A DNA stretch of 64,000 nucleotides from Candidatus Latescibacterota bacterium (GTDB lineage: Bacteria; Latescibacterota; UBA2968; UBA8231): the NCBI GenBank assembly GCA_965197905.1, contig CBDAOB010000005.1:2528001-2592000 (forward strand). Direction: 5' to 3'. How positions within the stretch are numbered: position 1 is the stretch's first letter; each line of letters opens with the position of its first letter. A program made the translations under genes and the position numbers. Below, in pieces: positions 1 to 15,074 of this stretch. The notes below the pieces were generated by a model, which was not told where the DNA came from, made no database searches, and saw only the letters and a list, made by a program, of their open reading frames with translations.

Positions 1-1
1 A

Positions 2-2122
2 GAGATCGGCTGCGACGACAAGCTTGCGCCCAACGATCCCCTTGTAGCCGATTTCGAAGGTCTGGGTGATGGTGGATTGCATCGGCTTCACGTCGACCAC
101 GTTACCAGGTGGTCCGAATGGCGCCGGATCCCCCGCCGCGGCCTTCGCCAGATCCAACCGCAACATGGTTCCCTGCAACCCCGCCAGCTGCGCCGGAATA
201 ACGGAGGGCAAAGCTGCCGCCAATTGTGTCGCCCGCTCTTGCGCCGCCGCCTCCGGATCACTGACACCTGCCGCCGCCAGCTGTTGCGCGATCAAGCCGG
301 TGAGCACCTGCTCGAACAGCGGGGTGAACTGCGCCAGCACCGCCCCCCTGCCCACACCCCACATCACATTGGTAAATACGGGGTCGTTCATGTCGATGTA
401 GTCGCTGGTCTGTCTGCCAGCAAGCGGCGCGAACGGCGAGCGGAAACAGGGACCGCTGGCGCAATCCTGGAACGAGAACCCGTCCGTCGCACCCCGTTGA
501 TAGGTACCCTGAGCTCTCACATCGATCCCCTGCTCGACGCCGAACCGGGTCAACCCGAACGGATCGCGTTGGGCCCTGCGATCGAGGTATAGATTCAGCG
601 TGGTCGGCGTGCTGAAGGCGCGGTTGTAGGTCAAACGAACGGTTTGGTCGTCCCGGGGTTTGTAGACCAACGCCGCGCGGGGGGAAAGCTCGGTATCCTC
701 TATCCGGTTGTGGTCGTCGTAACGCAACGCCAGAACCAGCTGCAGCTGACGATTCAGCTCCGTTTCGCTCTGCAGATAAGCGCCGAACTCGTTGATGTCA
801 TCGTTCTCTTCATTCCGACCCGTAATCGAACCCTCGGTGTCGGGCCGCGTGAACATCAGGTCGGCGCCGTAGGTAAAACGCTGCCGCTCTCCAAGGCTTG
901 CGAAATGCTGAACCTGGAAGGCGGTCACATCCGATTTGTCGATGATGTCATCGTTGTCCCGCAACAGGAAGGTGTCCCCCGCATCGCTCCAGTTGCGAAA
1001 GACCTGAGCGAACCAATCCCGGTAATTCAATCGTAGCTGGGCGTAGTTGTAAGCCCAGTCTATGGCCTGGGCGGCGCCCAATCCGGTGAGCTCGATATAG
1101 TCTCCACGATTGAACCCGGCGGCGACGATGGCAGAGAGATCCTCCCAGACCTTGTAATCGAGCCGTACCTCTACGCCCTGCCGCTCGACGTCGAAGTCCC
1201 GCGGCGGAAGCGTTGGATCGTCGAGACGGGCACTGGCCTCTTCCGCGTCCGACGACTTCCAATCCGTACCGGTGTAGTACTCCCCCGAGATCTTATACCC
1301 CAGCTTGCCACTCACCCCAGCGTGGCGCAGGCTGGTTTTGCGCAAGCTGCGCTCGCCGATGCCAACACTCACGTCGGTGCCTACGGAGGTGAACGGCGAT
1401 CGGGTTACTATGTGCAAAACCCCATTGGCGCTGTTGGGGCCATAGAGCGCGGAACCCGGTCCCAGGACCACCTCGATGCGCTCGATGTCGTCGTTGGTAA
1501 GGGGTATGAAGTTATTGGCGTTGAGCCGGAGCGATGGAACCCTGGCGATACGGTTGTCCGTCAGAGTCAGCAGGGCGCCAGAAAAGATGTTGTTGAATCC
1601 TCGCGTCACGATGTTGCTCTGCACCAGTCCGTTCTGCGCAAAGTCGACACCGGGCAGATCGCGCACGTGTTCGGTCACCGCCAACACCGGATTGGATCGA
1701 ATTTCATCCCCTTCGACTACAGATACCGACGCCGGAGAATCGAGGATCTTTTCGCGTCGTCGAGAAGCGGTGACCACACTCTGCTCCAGGCAGATCATCT
1801 GGCGGGACAAGGTCACGTCAACAACGACCGTGGCGCCGGCCGCTATCTCGATCTCTTGGGCATCGCCATCGGCATATCCTACAAAGGAGGCAGAGATCCG
1901 GTAGCGGCCAGGAACAAGATCGTCGATTCGGTATCCGCCGTTGTCGCCGGTGATGGTTCCAGTAATCTTTTTCAAGTTGCCGTCGGTTACCACGACGTTG
2001 GCGCCAACCAGCGGTTTGCCAGAATCATCATCTACCGTGCCCTTAACACTGCCGCGCTGGGCAGCACTCGAAGCCATCGAAACCGACAATGCCACACAAA
2101 TCCCCAAGAGCAAGCTTCTCAT
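2..2122 (-). CDS. TonB-dependent receptor with N-terminal carboxypeptidase-regulatory-like domain (3' end runs off the window)
   Basis: Hand-translated; absent from the ORF track because it has no stop in the window. Signal peptide MRSLLLGICVALSVSMASSAAQ, then GSVKGTVDDDSGKPLVGANVVV...PGRYRISASFVGY, TonB-box region VVTASRR, plug motif DIERIEVVLGPGSALYGPNSANGVLHIVT, barrel strands LSPRAALVYKP and TFEIGYKG. Confidence 0.93.
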   Translation of the reverse strand, partial: MRSLLLGICVALSVSMASSAAQRGSVKGTVDDDSGKPLVGANVVVTDGNLKKITGTITGDNGGYRIDDLVPGRYRISASFVGYADGDAQEIEIAAGATVVVDVTLSRQMICLEQSVVTASRRREKILDSPASVSVVEGDEIRSNPVLAVTEHVRDLPGVDFAQNGLVQSNIVTRGFNNIFSGALLTLTDNRIARVPSLRLNANNFIPLTNDDIERIEVVLGPGSALYGPNSANGVLHIVTRSPFTSVGTDVSVGIGERSLRKTSLRHAGVSGKLGYKISGEYYTGTDWKSSDAEEASARLDDPTLPPRDFDVERQGVEVRLDYKVWEDLSAIVAAGFNRGDYIELTGLGAAQAIDWAYNYAQLRLNYRDWFAQVFRNWSDAGDTFLLRDNDDIIDKSDVTAFQVQHFASLGERQRFTYGADLMFTRPDTEGSITGRNEENDDINEFGAYLQSETELNRQLQLVLALRYDDHNRIEDTELSPRAALVYKPRDDQTVRLTYNRAFSTPTTLNLYLDRRAQRDPFGLTRFGVEQGIDVRAQGTYQRGATDGFSFQDCASGPCFRSPFAPLAGRQTSDYIDMNDPVFTNVMWGVGRGAVLAQFTPLFEQVLTGLIAQQLAAAGVSDPEAAAQERATQLAAALPSVIPAQLAGLQGTMLRLDLAKAAAGDPAPFGPPGNVVDVKPMQSTITQTFEIGYKGIVGRKLVVAADL

Positions 2123-2284
2123 AAATCATCCCTCCGACTTTCAAAACGCCACCACTTTTGACAGGACCTAACATAACAATAATTTCCAGGTCCATCTACG
2201 AGTTGACCATTCGAAATCTCTCTGCGCGTCGCCCTGCCCGCAGGTTGTTTCGCAGAGAAAATGCGTGCCGACGAGGAGATTCCC

Positions 2285-3301
2285 GTGGCGACAGATAAGC
2301 TGAAGCTGGCCTTTGTGGGGTGTGGGGCGATCGCCCGCTTCCACCTCGATGGAATCGTCGAACGCGAACTGCCCATCGAGATTACGGCGGCTGTGGACAC
2401 GAACCTGGACAGAGCTGAATCGTTTGCCCGGGAGACCGGGGCGGAGCCGTTCGCAGATTTCGGCCAAGCGATCGAACAGGGCGAATTCGATGCGGTCGAT
2501 CTGATGTTGCCCCACGACCTGCACGAACCCTTCGCGATGAAATCGTTTGAGGCCGGGAAGCATCTCCTGATGGAAAAGCCGATGGCCCCCACCCTGCCCG
2601 CATGCGACAGAATCCTCGCCGCAGCCCGGAGGTCGGACAAGGTATTTATGGTTGCTGAAAACGCCCAGTACTGGCCCGAGATCGTGAAAGCGAAGGAACT
2701 GATCGACGCCGGCGCCATCGGCGAAATCATCACTGCGCGCGCGGCTTTTGTCATGGCATTCGATAAGCGCTGGTTTGCCGACGTGAAACCATGGCGTTTC
2801 GATGCGGAGCGGACCGGGGGCGGTATAACCATAGACGGTGGATCCCATTGGATTCGACCTTTGCGCATGTGGTTGGGAGAGATCGATGAGGTGGTCGGCG
2901 TGACCGATCGTCCGCTGTCCGCCATGGAAGGCGAATCACTGGTGCACGCCCTTCTGCGTTTTCGATCGGGCAAGGTAGCCACCTTCGACGCCCTCATGGC
3001 CGACTCCACCCTGGGACCGGAGACTTGGTGGCGGGTCACCGGGACCCACGGCGAGATTCTGGTCGACGGCAAGTGGGAAGGGGGAATGCGCCTCTACAAC
3101 GGATTACATCCTTCCGGGCTTGAGGTTCAAACGCCCCAGGGGTACGCGAAATCGTTCGGTGGAGAGCTCGAGGATTTTTGCCAAGCGGTATTGGGGGGAG
3201 ACCAGCTGAGCGCTGGCCCGGAAGAAGCGTTGGGCGAGCTGCGTACGGCCCTTGCCATTTACCGTTCTGCCTCCAGTGGCAGGTGGGAAAAGATGTGGTA
3301 G
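2285..3301 (+). CDS. Gfo/Idh/MocA family NAD(P)-dependent oxidoreductase
   Basis: Rossmann motif LAFVGCGAIA, AGKHLLMEKPMA and GGGITIDGGSHWI. GTG at 2285 follows a GAGGAG RBS. Confidence 0.9.
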   Translation: MATDKLKLAFVGCGAIARFHLDGIVERELPIEITAAVDTNLDRAESFARETGAEPFADFGQAIEQGEFDAVDLMLPHDLHEPFAMKSFEAGKHLLMEKPMAPTLPACDRILAAARRSDKVFMVAENAQYWPEIVKAKELIDAGAIGEIITARAAFVMAFDKRWFADVKPWRFDAERTGGGITIDGGSHWIRPLRMWLGEIDEVVGVTDRPLSAMEGESLVHALLRFRSGKVATFDALMADSTLGPETWWRVTGTHGEILVDGKWEGGMRLYNGLHPSGLEVQTPQGYAKSFGGELEDFCQAVLGGDQLSAGPEEALGELRTALAIYRSASSGRWEKMW

Positions 3302-3307
3302 CGTTCC

Positions 3308-3336
3308 TTGCTATGGCCTGTTGATTGGTCTATAAT
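3308..3336 (+). promoter_or_regulatory. sigma70-type promoter for the ppdK-parAB operon
   Basis: TTGCTA-17 bp-TATAAT. Confidence 0.7.
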
Positions 3337-3405
3337 AACAGCCGCTGTTCGGGACCCCTCCCGCCTTACACTCGCATTAAAAAATCTCTAAGAAAGCTCG
3401 ACGAT

Positions 3406-6050
<2,645 letters not shown>

Positions 6051-6054
<4 letters not shown>

Positions 6055-6815
6055 GCAGAACGATTGCGGTGGCCAATCAGAAAGGCGGCGTGGGGAAAAC
6101 TACGACCGCCGTAAACCTCGCCGCATGTCTCGCTGTTGCCGAAGAGCCGACCCTGCTAATCGACATGGATCCACAAGCCAACGCGACCAGCGGATGCGGC
6201 ATACAGGCGGAAGAGGTGGAGAAGGAGAACATCTACCACGCGCTGCTCGGGCATAACTCGCCCGACGAAGTGGTTCGAGCTACGACCGTATCCTATCTCT
6301 CCGTGGTGCCCTCGCACATCAATCTGACGGGCGCCGAAATCGAGATGGTCAACATGATCGCACGCGAGCAGAAGCTCGACACCCTGCTTGCGGAGCTGAA
6401 GCAGAAATACACCTACATAATAATAGACTGCCCCCCTTCGCTGGGGTTGCTGACCATCAACTCGCTTACCGCCGCGGACTCGGTTCTCATCCCGATTCAG
6501 TGTGAGTATTACGCTCTGGAGGGCCTGGGCAAGTTGCTGAACACGATTCGATTGATACAACGCCATCTGAATCCGGACCTGCAGATCGCCGGCGTCCTGC
6601 TTACCATGTACGATGCCCGCCTGAACCTGTCCCGGCAAGTTGCCGCAGAGGTCAAATCGTATTTTGGCAACAAGGTGTTCAAGACCGCCATCACGCGGAA
6701 TGTGCGTCTCGCCGAGGCACCCAGTCACGGTCAACCGATCGTGTTGTACGACATCCTATCGCCGGGTGCACAGAACTATATGAGTCTCGCGGGAGAAGTC
6801 ATCAATCATGGTTAA
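6051..6815 (+). CDS. parA: chromosome partitioning ATPase ParA/Soj
   Basis: Deviant Walker [41 protein letters not shown] overlap with the ppdK stop. Confidence 0.97.
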
Positions 6816-7686
6816 GAAACAGGCGTTAGGTAAGGGCATCAGTGCCCTCATCCCCGACTATCCCGAAGCAACCGTGGAGGATGGGGCCAGCCGGGTTGTT
6901 AACCTCAACGTGGACGAGATTGAGCCGAACCCCCACCAACCGCGAACGGAATTCGACGAAGAGCGCATCGACGAGCTTATGTCGTCCATTCGCGAAAAGG
7001 GGGTCATTCAACCCATAGCGGTAAATCGGGTCGGTCAGTCTTATCAGCTGATTGCCGGGGAACGGCGTTGGCGCGCTACCGTGAAAGCGGGTTATAAAAC
7101 CATCCCAGCGCTGATTCACGAAATCGACTCCATTCAGGAACTGATGGAGATCTCGCTGATCGAAAACACTCAGCGCGAAGACCTGAACCCCATAGAGGAG
7201 GCAGAGGGATACCGCGCCCTTGTCACCCACTGCCTGCTGAAGCCAGAAGAGGTGGCCAAGAAGGTGGGAAAGGACCGTTCAACGGTCGCCAACCTCATGC
7301 GGCTGCTGAATCTACCCCCGGAAATACAGGGTTACCTCAAGGGTGGGCAGCTTCAAATCGGCCACGCCCGCGCCCTGCTGGGGTTGGACTCCGAAGTCGA
7401 TCAGCTGGAGTTGGGCTATCGCTGCGTGCGCAACAAGATGACCGTCAGGGAGATCGAGAATGCGGTGAAGTCTCGCCGCAGCGGACGCGACAAGATCAAA
7501 CGTCTTCCCGCGAGAGAAGCGCGACGAGACCCCAATATCGCCGAATTCGAAGAGAAGCTGCGGCACCACTATGGCACGGGGATCAACATTCGCACGGGGA
7601 CCAAACAGGGCCGCATCGAGATCGAATTCTACGATAACGACGACCTGGAACGTCTCTTAGAGCTGCTCCTGGGTCTCGACCACTGA
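6808..7686 (+). CDS. parB: chromosome partitioning protein ParB/Spo0J
   Basis: [26 protein letters not shown] arginine patch, [32 protein letters not shown]. Confidence 0.97.
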   Translation: MVKKQALGKGISALIPDYPEATVEDGASRVVNLNVDEIEPNPHQPRTEFDEERIDELMSSIREKGVIQPIAVNRVGQSYQLIAGERRWRATVKAGYKTIPALIHEIDSIQELMEISLIENTQREDLNPIEEAEGYRALVTHCLLKPEEVAKKVGKDRSTVANLMRLLNLPPEIQGYLKGGQLQIGHARALLGLDSEVDQLELGYRCVRNKMTVREIENAVKSRRSGRDKIKRLPAREARRDPNIAEFEEKLRHHYGTGINIRTGTKQGRIEIEFYDNDDLERLLELLLGLDH

Positions 7687-8990
7687 TGGGCAGTGTTGCC
7701 CTTCTCTTGCTCGCCATTGCGGGTTTGAACGCCTGCAGCTTAATCCACCAGGAACAACCCAACGATACCCCCAAACTGCAGATCAGCGCGGTAGATACCA
7801 CCCGGATCGGCAGGAACGCCAGGGTTCAGTTCGAGGTCCGGGCATCGGATGAAGATGACGATCCTCTGTTCTATACCTGGAACGTCTTCGGCGAAGGAGC
7901 GGTCACCGACACCGTCTGCACCCTGGATCCACTATCCCAGATCGATTTGGGCCGCAGCGGACCCGAGTGTGCCCGGATCGAGTGGTTTACGCCTTCGACA
8001 GTAGAGGGGGGAAACGAGCTCTTTCCCATCACCGTTACCATAAGCGACCTGCATACCGAATCGAACGACCTCGTCGAGAGCTTCGTCATCGAGGTGTTCC
8101 AGGGAATCCCCATGCTGTCGGTACCCTCGGATACGACGGTTTCCTTCACCGAACCGTTCGTAGTTTTCGAAGCCGTCGGCGAGGATGTAGACGGCGACCC
8201 GCTGGAGTATATCTGGGAGCAGGTCGGCGAGCCCCCCCTGGATCTTCGCCCCGAGAATATCGACAACAACCTGTCGAGACTGACGGTCGTGCCCCTGTTC
8301 GTGGATACCTACCAGCTGGTAGCCACCCTGACGGATGGTCTGGATGCGGTTAGAACGGAGATTCGTATGGTCGTTACGTCGGAGAGCCCGCCCGATAGTG
8401 GAATGGTAACGCTCCAGCTGGAATCCGGATTCAGCTATGAGATCGACGTTTTCGAATATCCGAATCGGCGGGGAGAGATCCCCCGGCTCGCAAGCTCCTG
8501 GTTCGAAGCAGCACAGCTCTGCGCCGCGCGGGGCAAGAGATTGTGCGCGCAATCGGAGTGGGTAAACGCCTGCAGAGGAGAAGAGCTGCGATCCTATTCG
8601 TCGGTGGACGATCGCAGCCAGGTACCCGAGTTTTTTGGGCGCCGGTTCTGCAATACCGAGGGTTCGGAGGTGGAAGGAGGCGAGTTCGAGGACCTGGCAG
8701 TATCGGGGAGTTTCCCCAACTGTTTCAGCTCCTTCGGCGTTTACGACATGACCGGCAACGCGGCCGAGTGGCTGCAGAATATCAATGCGTTCGGGGAACG
8801 GGTAGGCCGATTCACCCGAGGCAGCGCGGTTGTTAGTACGACCTGTCAAGACGTCTCTAATCCTCAAAGGGAGTTGCCGGTGGATTTCGACATCCATTCG
8901 CAGGCGGCGATCGACAGCCTTGATATGGTGAACTATCAGCCTTATTTGCAGCAAAGTACGGGCTTCAGGTGCTGTCGCGATGCAAACTAA
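7686..8990 (+). CDS. lipoprotein with Ig/PKD-like domains and a C-terminal FGE-sulfatase (SUMF1-like) domain
   Basis: Lipobox LNAC; DxDxDPLxYxW Ig-like repeats; GKRLCAQSEWVNAC, FGVYDMTGNAAEW and GFRCC motifs. TGATG overlap with parB. Confidence 0.75.
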   Translation: MGSVALLLLAIAGLNACSLIHQEQPNDTPKLQISAVDTTRIGRNARVQFEVRASDEDDDPLFYTWNVFGEGAVTDTVCTLDPLSQIDLGRSGPECARIEWFTPSTVEGGNELFPITVTISDLHTESNDLVESFVIEVFQGIPMLSVPSDTTVSFTEPFVVFEAVGEDVDGDPLEYIWEQVGEPPLDLRPENIDNNLSRLTVVPLFVDTYQLVATLTDGLDAVRTEIRMVVTSESPPDSGMVTLQLESGFSYEIDVFEYPNRRGEIPRLASSWFEAAQLCAARGKRLCAQSEWVNACRGEELRSYSSVDDRSQVPEFFGRRFCNTEGSEVEGGEFEDLAVSGSFPNCFSSFGVYDMTGNAAEWLQNINAFGERVGRFTRGSAVVSTTCQDVSNPQRELPVDFDIHSQAAIDSLDMVNYQPYLQQSTGFRCCRDAN

Positions 8991-9059
8991 GACCGGTTGA
9001 ATCTACGCGGATGTATGGTGAGGTGAGTTGGGGGAGTAAAAACGGTTGCGGCAGTCTTG

Positions 9060-9359
9060 CTACGCCGGGACGAGCTTTCCCGCTGCGAGGAGCCCGTTCA
9101 TCTGCTCCAGCTCCTGGGCTTTGGAGCTTCTTCGAACGTCCACCCAGCGCCGCTGATCTTTGACCTGATTCATGGCACGGCTGACTACCAACCGTTCCCG
9201 CTCTAAGGATTCAAGCTGCGCCTCCAGATATCGCACTTCCCCTTCCTGTTCGTACAGGATCTTCATCAGACCCCGGGTTTCGAAGGCGAGGAGATATTTG
9301 ATGCCAACGGGGATGGCCAGGAAAAATGCGGCTATTAGAATGGCGGTGACTACACCCAT
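9060..9359 (-). CDS. hypothetical membrane-anchored coiled-coil protein (99 aa)
   Basis: AAGGAG RBS then ATG at 9359; N-terminal hydrophobic helix followed by an E/Q/R-rich heptad region. Confidence 0.7.
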   Translation of the reverse strand: MGVVTAILIAAFFLAIPVGIKYLLAFETRGLMKILYEQEGEVRYLEAQLESLERERLVVSRAMNQVKDQRRWVDVRRSSKAQELEQMNGLLAAGKLVPA

Positions 9360-9391
9360 GTTCGGCTGCTCCTTGAGTATGCAACCCAACC

Positions 9392-9407
9392 AGCAACGCC
9401 CATGCCA
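9392..9407 (-). promoter_or_regulatory. sigma54 -24/-12 promoter
   Basis: Minus strand TGGCATGGGCGTTGCT = GG-N10-GC, one mismatch to TGGCACG-N4-TTGCW. AT-rich tract upstream (about 9425-9455). Confidence 0.7.
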
Positions 9408-9561
9408 TTCCCATGGAGTTCACTTATCCTATTATTTTTAATTGATTTACAATGTTTCCCATGCAACCCCCCAATACATCGAAAATGACCTATTTTTCCG
9501 TTTCGCTGACAGATATTCCGCCGCGTTGACAGCCTCGGCTCCAGTTCCTTAGTTCCCCAAG

Positions 9562-10329
9562 ATGGACCGATCAAGACTCATGAGCCTGTTGGAGCAGGTC
9601 GCATCCGGTGAGGTTCAGGCCGACGCCGCGGTCGACCGACTCGTGGATCTCCCGTTCGAAGATCTGGGGTTCGCCCACGTGGATCACCATCGGGCTGTGC
9701 GCACCGGATTCCCAGAGGTCATCTTTTGTCCGGGCAAAACGACCGAACAGATTGTCGGCATCGCCCGCGCCATCGTTGACCGCGGGTCGATTGTGCTGGC
9801 TACTCGCGTGCCAGAGGAGACCGCGCACACAATGGCGGAGAACTTTCCCGGAGCTGAAGCGGACGATATCGCCCGCACGGTTGTGGTACATCCGCCGGGC
9901 GAGCCAGAGGTTAAACCGGTCGGCAACGTCCTCATACTCTCCGCCGGGACCTCTGATCTGTCAGTTGCCCGCGAGGCTTTGGTGACCTGCCGCACCATGG
10001 GTTCCCAGGCGGAGGGGATCTTCGATGTGGGCGTTGCCGGGATACATCGGCTGCTCGCCTACCGCGAAAAGCTGCAGGACGCCCGGGTGCTCGTCGTCGT
10101 TGCCGGGATGGAAGGGGCGCTACCGAGCGTGGTTGGAGGTCTGGTTCAAGCGCCGGTGATCGCGGTCCCGACGAGCGTGGGGTACGGCGCCAGTCTCAAC
10201 GGACTTGCGGCGCTATTGGCCATGCTCAACAGCTGCGCCTCCGGCGTTACGGTGGTCAATATCGACAACGGTTTCGGTGCCGGTTACGCCGCCGCTCTGA
10301 TCAACCGGCTTGGGATTGAAACGGGTTGA
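9562..10329 (+). CDS. larB: nickel-pincer cofactor biosynthesis protein LarB (PurE-like)
   Basis: DHHRAVRTGFPEVIFCPGKT, SAGTSDLSVAREA, DVGVAGIHRL, AGMEGALPSVVGGL, PTSVGYGA, VVNIDNGFGA. Confidence 0.93.
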   Translation: MDRSRLMSLLEQVASGEVQADAAVDRLVDLPFEDLGFAHVDHHRAVRTGFPEVIFCPGKTTEQIVGIARAIVDRGSIVLATRVPEETAHTMAENFPGAEADDIARTVVVHPPGEPEVKPVGNVLILSAGTSDLSVAREALVTCRTMGSQAEGIFDVGVAGIHRLLAYREKLQDARVLVVVAGMEGALPSVVGGLVQAPVIAVPTSVGYGASLNGLAALLAMLNSCASGVTVVNIDNGFGAGYAAALINRLGIETG

Positions 10330-10343
10330 GCGCCCCCAGTTAG

Positions 10344-10940
10344 GTGGAGACATCCGTAGCTATTCTTGCCGGCGGCCGAAGCCGGCGTATGCGGCGCGAC
10401 AAAGCGTTGCTCCGACTGGGCTGTGCCACTGTTATAGAGCGGGTGGCTTCCGCGGCCAAACCGCTGAGCGATGAACGGTTCATCGTCGCCGATGAAAGCG
10501 CGGCCTACCAGTTTCTTGGTCTGCCGGTCGTTCAGGACCTGAAGAGGTCCGCAGGACCCCTGGCTGGTTTGCAGGCCGCCCTGCATCACGCCACGAACCC
10601 CATCGTCTGTCTACTCGGCTGCGACCTTCCGTTTTTGACGACCGAGTTTCTACGTTACCTCGAGGCGCAGATGGGCGGTCACCAGGCGGTAATCCCTCGA
10701 TCGAACAGCGGTCTGCAACCTCTGTGTGCCTTCTATTCGACCTCCTGCGCAACCTTCGTCGAGAACGCCCTTTCGACCAACGACTTCCGCATGAATGCGT
10801 TCCACGCGGCGGTGGATGTGAAATTCATCGAGAATCGAGATTGGAGAGAATACGATTCCCATGGAGCGCTGTTTGCCAACATGAATAGCCCTGAGGACTA
10901 CGAGAAGGCACAGGATCTCGTGGCGAAATTTGGGATATGA
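10344..10940 (+). CDS. mobA: molybdenum cofactor guanylyltransferase
   Basis: ILAGGRSRRMRRDKALL, GPLAGL, CDLPF, QPLCAFYS, NMNSPEDY. Confidence 0.88.
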   Translation: METSVAILAGGRSRRMRRDKALLRLGCATVIERVASAAKPLSDERFIVADESAAYQFLGLPVVQDLKRSAGPLAGLQAALHHATNPIVCLLGCDLPFLTTEFLRYLEAQMGGHQAVIPRSNSGLQPLCAFYSTSCATFVENALSTNDFRMNAFHAAVDVKFIENRDWREYDSHGALFANMNSPEDYEKAQDLVAKFGI

Positions 10941-10965
10941 ATTCCGGCTCGAGAACCGCCGAATG

Positions 10966-11847
10966 CTACTGCATGATTGCTTGTAAACTGAGGTCGGTTA
11001 TGGTGAGCAGCAGCAGCAATGGAAGGTAGATGACCGACGCTCGCAGCAGTCGACGAGCATCCTCCACTGAGCGGGATCTGGCAAGACCAATGCCGGCAGC
11101 GAGCATACCGCATCCCAGCAGAAGGACCCCACCCAGATAAAGCGGACCCGAGTTGCCCACTAGCGCTGGCAATACCGAGACGGCAATCAGCAAAAGACAA
11201 AATCCGATCACCTGCCGGCAGGTTCGCCTCCCGTCCGCATCCAAGACCGGTAGCATCTTGAAGCCTGCCCGTCTGTAGTCCTCGCGAAAAATCCAGGCAA
11301 TGGCGTAAAAGTGTGGATGCTGCCAGGCGAACAGAATGAGGAACAGGGCGCAGGCGCCCCACCCGAGCTCACCCGTTGCGGCCGTCCATCCGCCGACTGG
11401 CGGCAACGCTCCGGGAATGGCGCCAAGGGAGGTGTTTAGCCAGGTCAGCCGTTTCATTGGGGTGTAGATCACCACGTAGAGAAAAGTCGACAGCAGGGCT
11501 AGAAACGCAGTCAACAGGTTGGTTTTTAACAAGAGAAGGAATACGCCAATCAGGACTAGACAAACGCCGAACGACAGCGCGCTGGCCGGTTTGACGAGGC
11601 CGGCGGGGATAGGGCGATTCCGGGTCCGCTCCATCTGCCGGTCGATATTGCGTTCGAGAAAATGGTTCAGCACCCCAGAGCCGCCAGCGGCGCACGCGGT
11701 GCCGAGGATCGTAAATAGAAACAGGCTCCAGGAGCTAAAACCTGGTTCGGCAGCAAGGAAACCGAGGCTCGCTGTGGCCAGCACGAGACCGGTAATTCTC
11801 GGCTTCGTCAGTTCGAGATAGGCCGAGAGCAGTTGTTTGGTTCCCAA
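10966..11847 (-). CDS. cyoE: protoheme IX farnesyltransferase (heme O synthase)
   Basis: LTKPRI, ERNIDRQMERTRNRPIPAG, GAIPGALPPVGGWTA, WQHPHFYAIAW, DYRRAGFKMLP; multiple TM helices. Confidence 0.95.
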   Translation of the reverse strand: MGTKQLLSAYLELTKPRITGLVLATASLGFLAAEPGFSSWSLFLFTILGTACAAGGSGVLNHFLERNIDRQMERTRNRPIPAGLVKPASALSFGVCLVLIGVFLLLLKTNLLTAFLALLSTFLYVVIYTPMKRLTWLNTSLGAIPGALPPVGGWTAATGELGWGACALFLILFAWQHPHFYAIAWIFREDYRRAGFKMLPVLDADGRRTCRQVIGFCLLLIAVSVLPALVGNSGPLYLGGVLLLGCGMLAAGIGLARSRSVEDARRLLRASVIYLPLLLLLTITDLSLQAIMQ

Positions 11848-11889
11848 GTAGAATTCCCGTTGCTGGAATGCCTTATACTGGTGATGAGC

Positions 11890-12414
11890 CTATGAGTTTT
11901 TCGAAAAGGGTGCCAGCTGCTCGCCCGACTTCCGCTGAAAATGGGGGGATACGGCCTTAATAATCCTCCGGGCGGCCTCGGCTTCCATATTGGGAACTTC
12001 CTTGAGGAATTTGTTCAACGCCCTGCTCTCCACCTCGCTCCAGTTGGCCGTTGGCTGCTCCTCTGTAACTGCGTAGAAGATGTTGTCGGCCAGCCGCATC
12101 AAACTGTCCGAATCCATATGGTGACCATTGGGGGCGACAGACATTACGGGATCGGTACCCAACGCGCTCTCGCTGCGCCCCAACGCACGCAGCAGACTGC
12201 GAGCCGAGGTGGCGAGATCGAAAAGGTGGGCTTCAATAATCTCGACATCCTTCTGGTCTCGTCGGACCTCAGCCGCCTTTTCACGGACATTCCTGCTCAT
12301 GACATACAGGATCTCCGCAATCCGTAGGGCAGCCCGTTGAATCAAAAATTGATAGATGTTGAGCAAGAACAGGAGCACGATAACGCCCATCAGAACCCAG
12401 TGTGTTACCGTCAT
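11890..12414 (-). CDS. hypothetical protein with N-terminal TM helix
   Basis: AAAGGAG RBS before ATG at 12414 (MTVTHWVLMGVIVLLFLL); helical soluble remainder. Confidence 0.7.
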   Translation of the reverse strand: MTVTHWVLMGVIVLLFLLNIYQFLIQRAALRIAEILYVMSRNVREKAAEVRRDQKDVEIIEAHLFDLATSARSLLRALGRSESALGTDPVMSVAPNGHHMDSDSLMRLADNIFYAVTEEQPTANWSEVESRALNKFLKEVPNMEAEAARRIIKAVSPHFQRKSGEQLAPFSKNS

Positions 12415-12608
12415 GTGGAAACCACTCCTTTCAATCGGCGGGACCGACGGCTCCCGACGACGTTGTTTTACGATTTGAGAGCTATAACTATACAATTCAA
12501 ACGACTTATACACAAGAATAATAGATAGATAGACCAATCCGCCTCTACACTTGAGGCTTCCCGGTGCGCTCCGCCTCATTCGTAACGCCAATAATTACAG
12601 CCAGTTGA

Positions 12609-15028
<2,420 letters not shown>

Positions 15029-15074
15029 ACGCCTCTGCCGAGCAAACGGTATGCGATTTCTGCCATGTCCAGGT

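Noticed and set aside
8430..8990. FGE/C-type-lectin-fold domain as a diversity-generating retroelement target
   Set aside because: No second copy of the 3' region (template repeat) and no reverse transcriptase in the window.
9526..9562. Leaderless promoter for larB (TTGACA at 9526)
   Set aside because: The -35 is perfect but the -10 candidates (TTAGTT or TAGTTC) are too weak to support a call.
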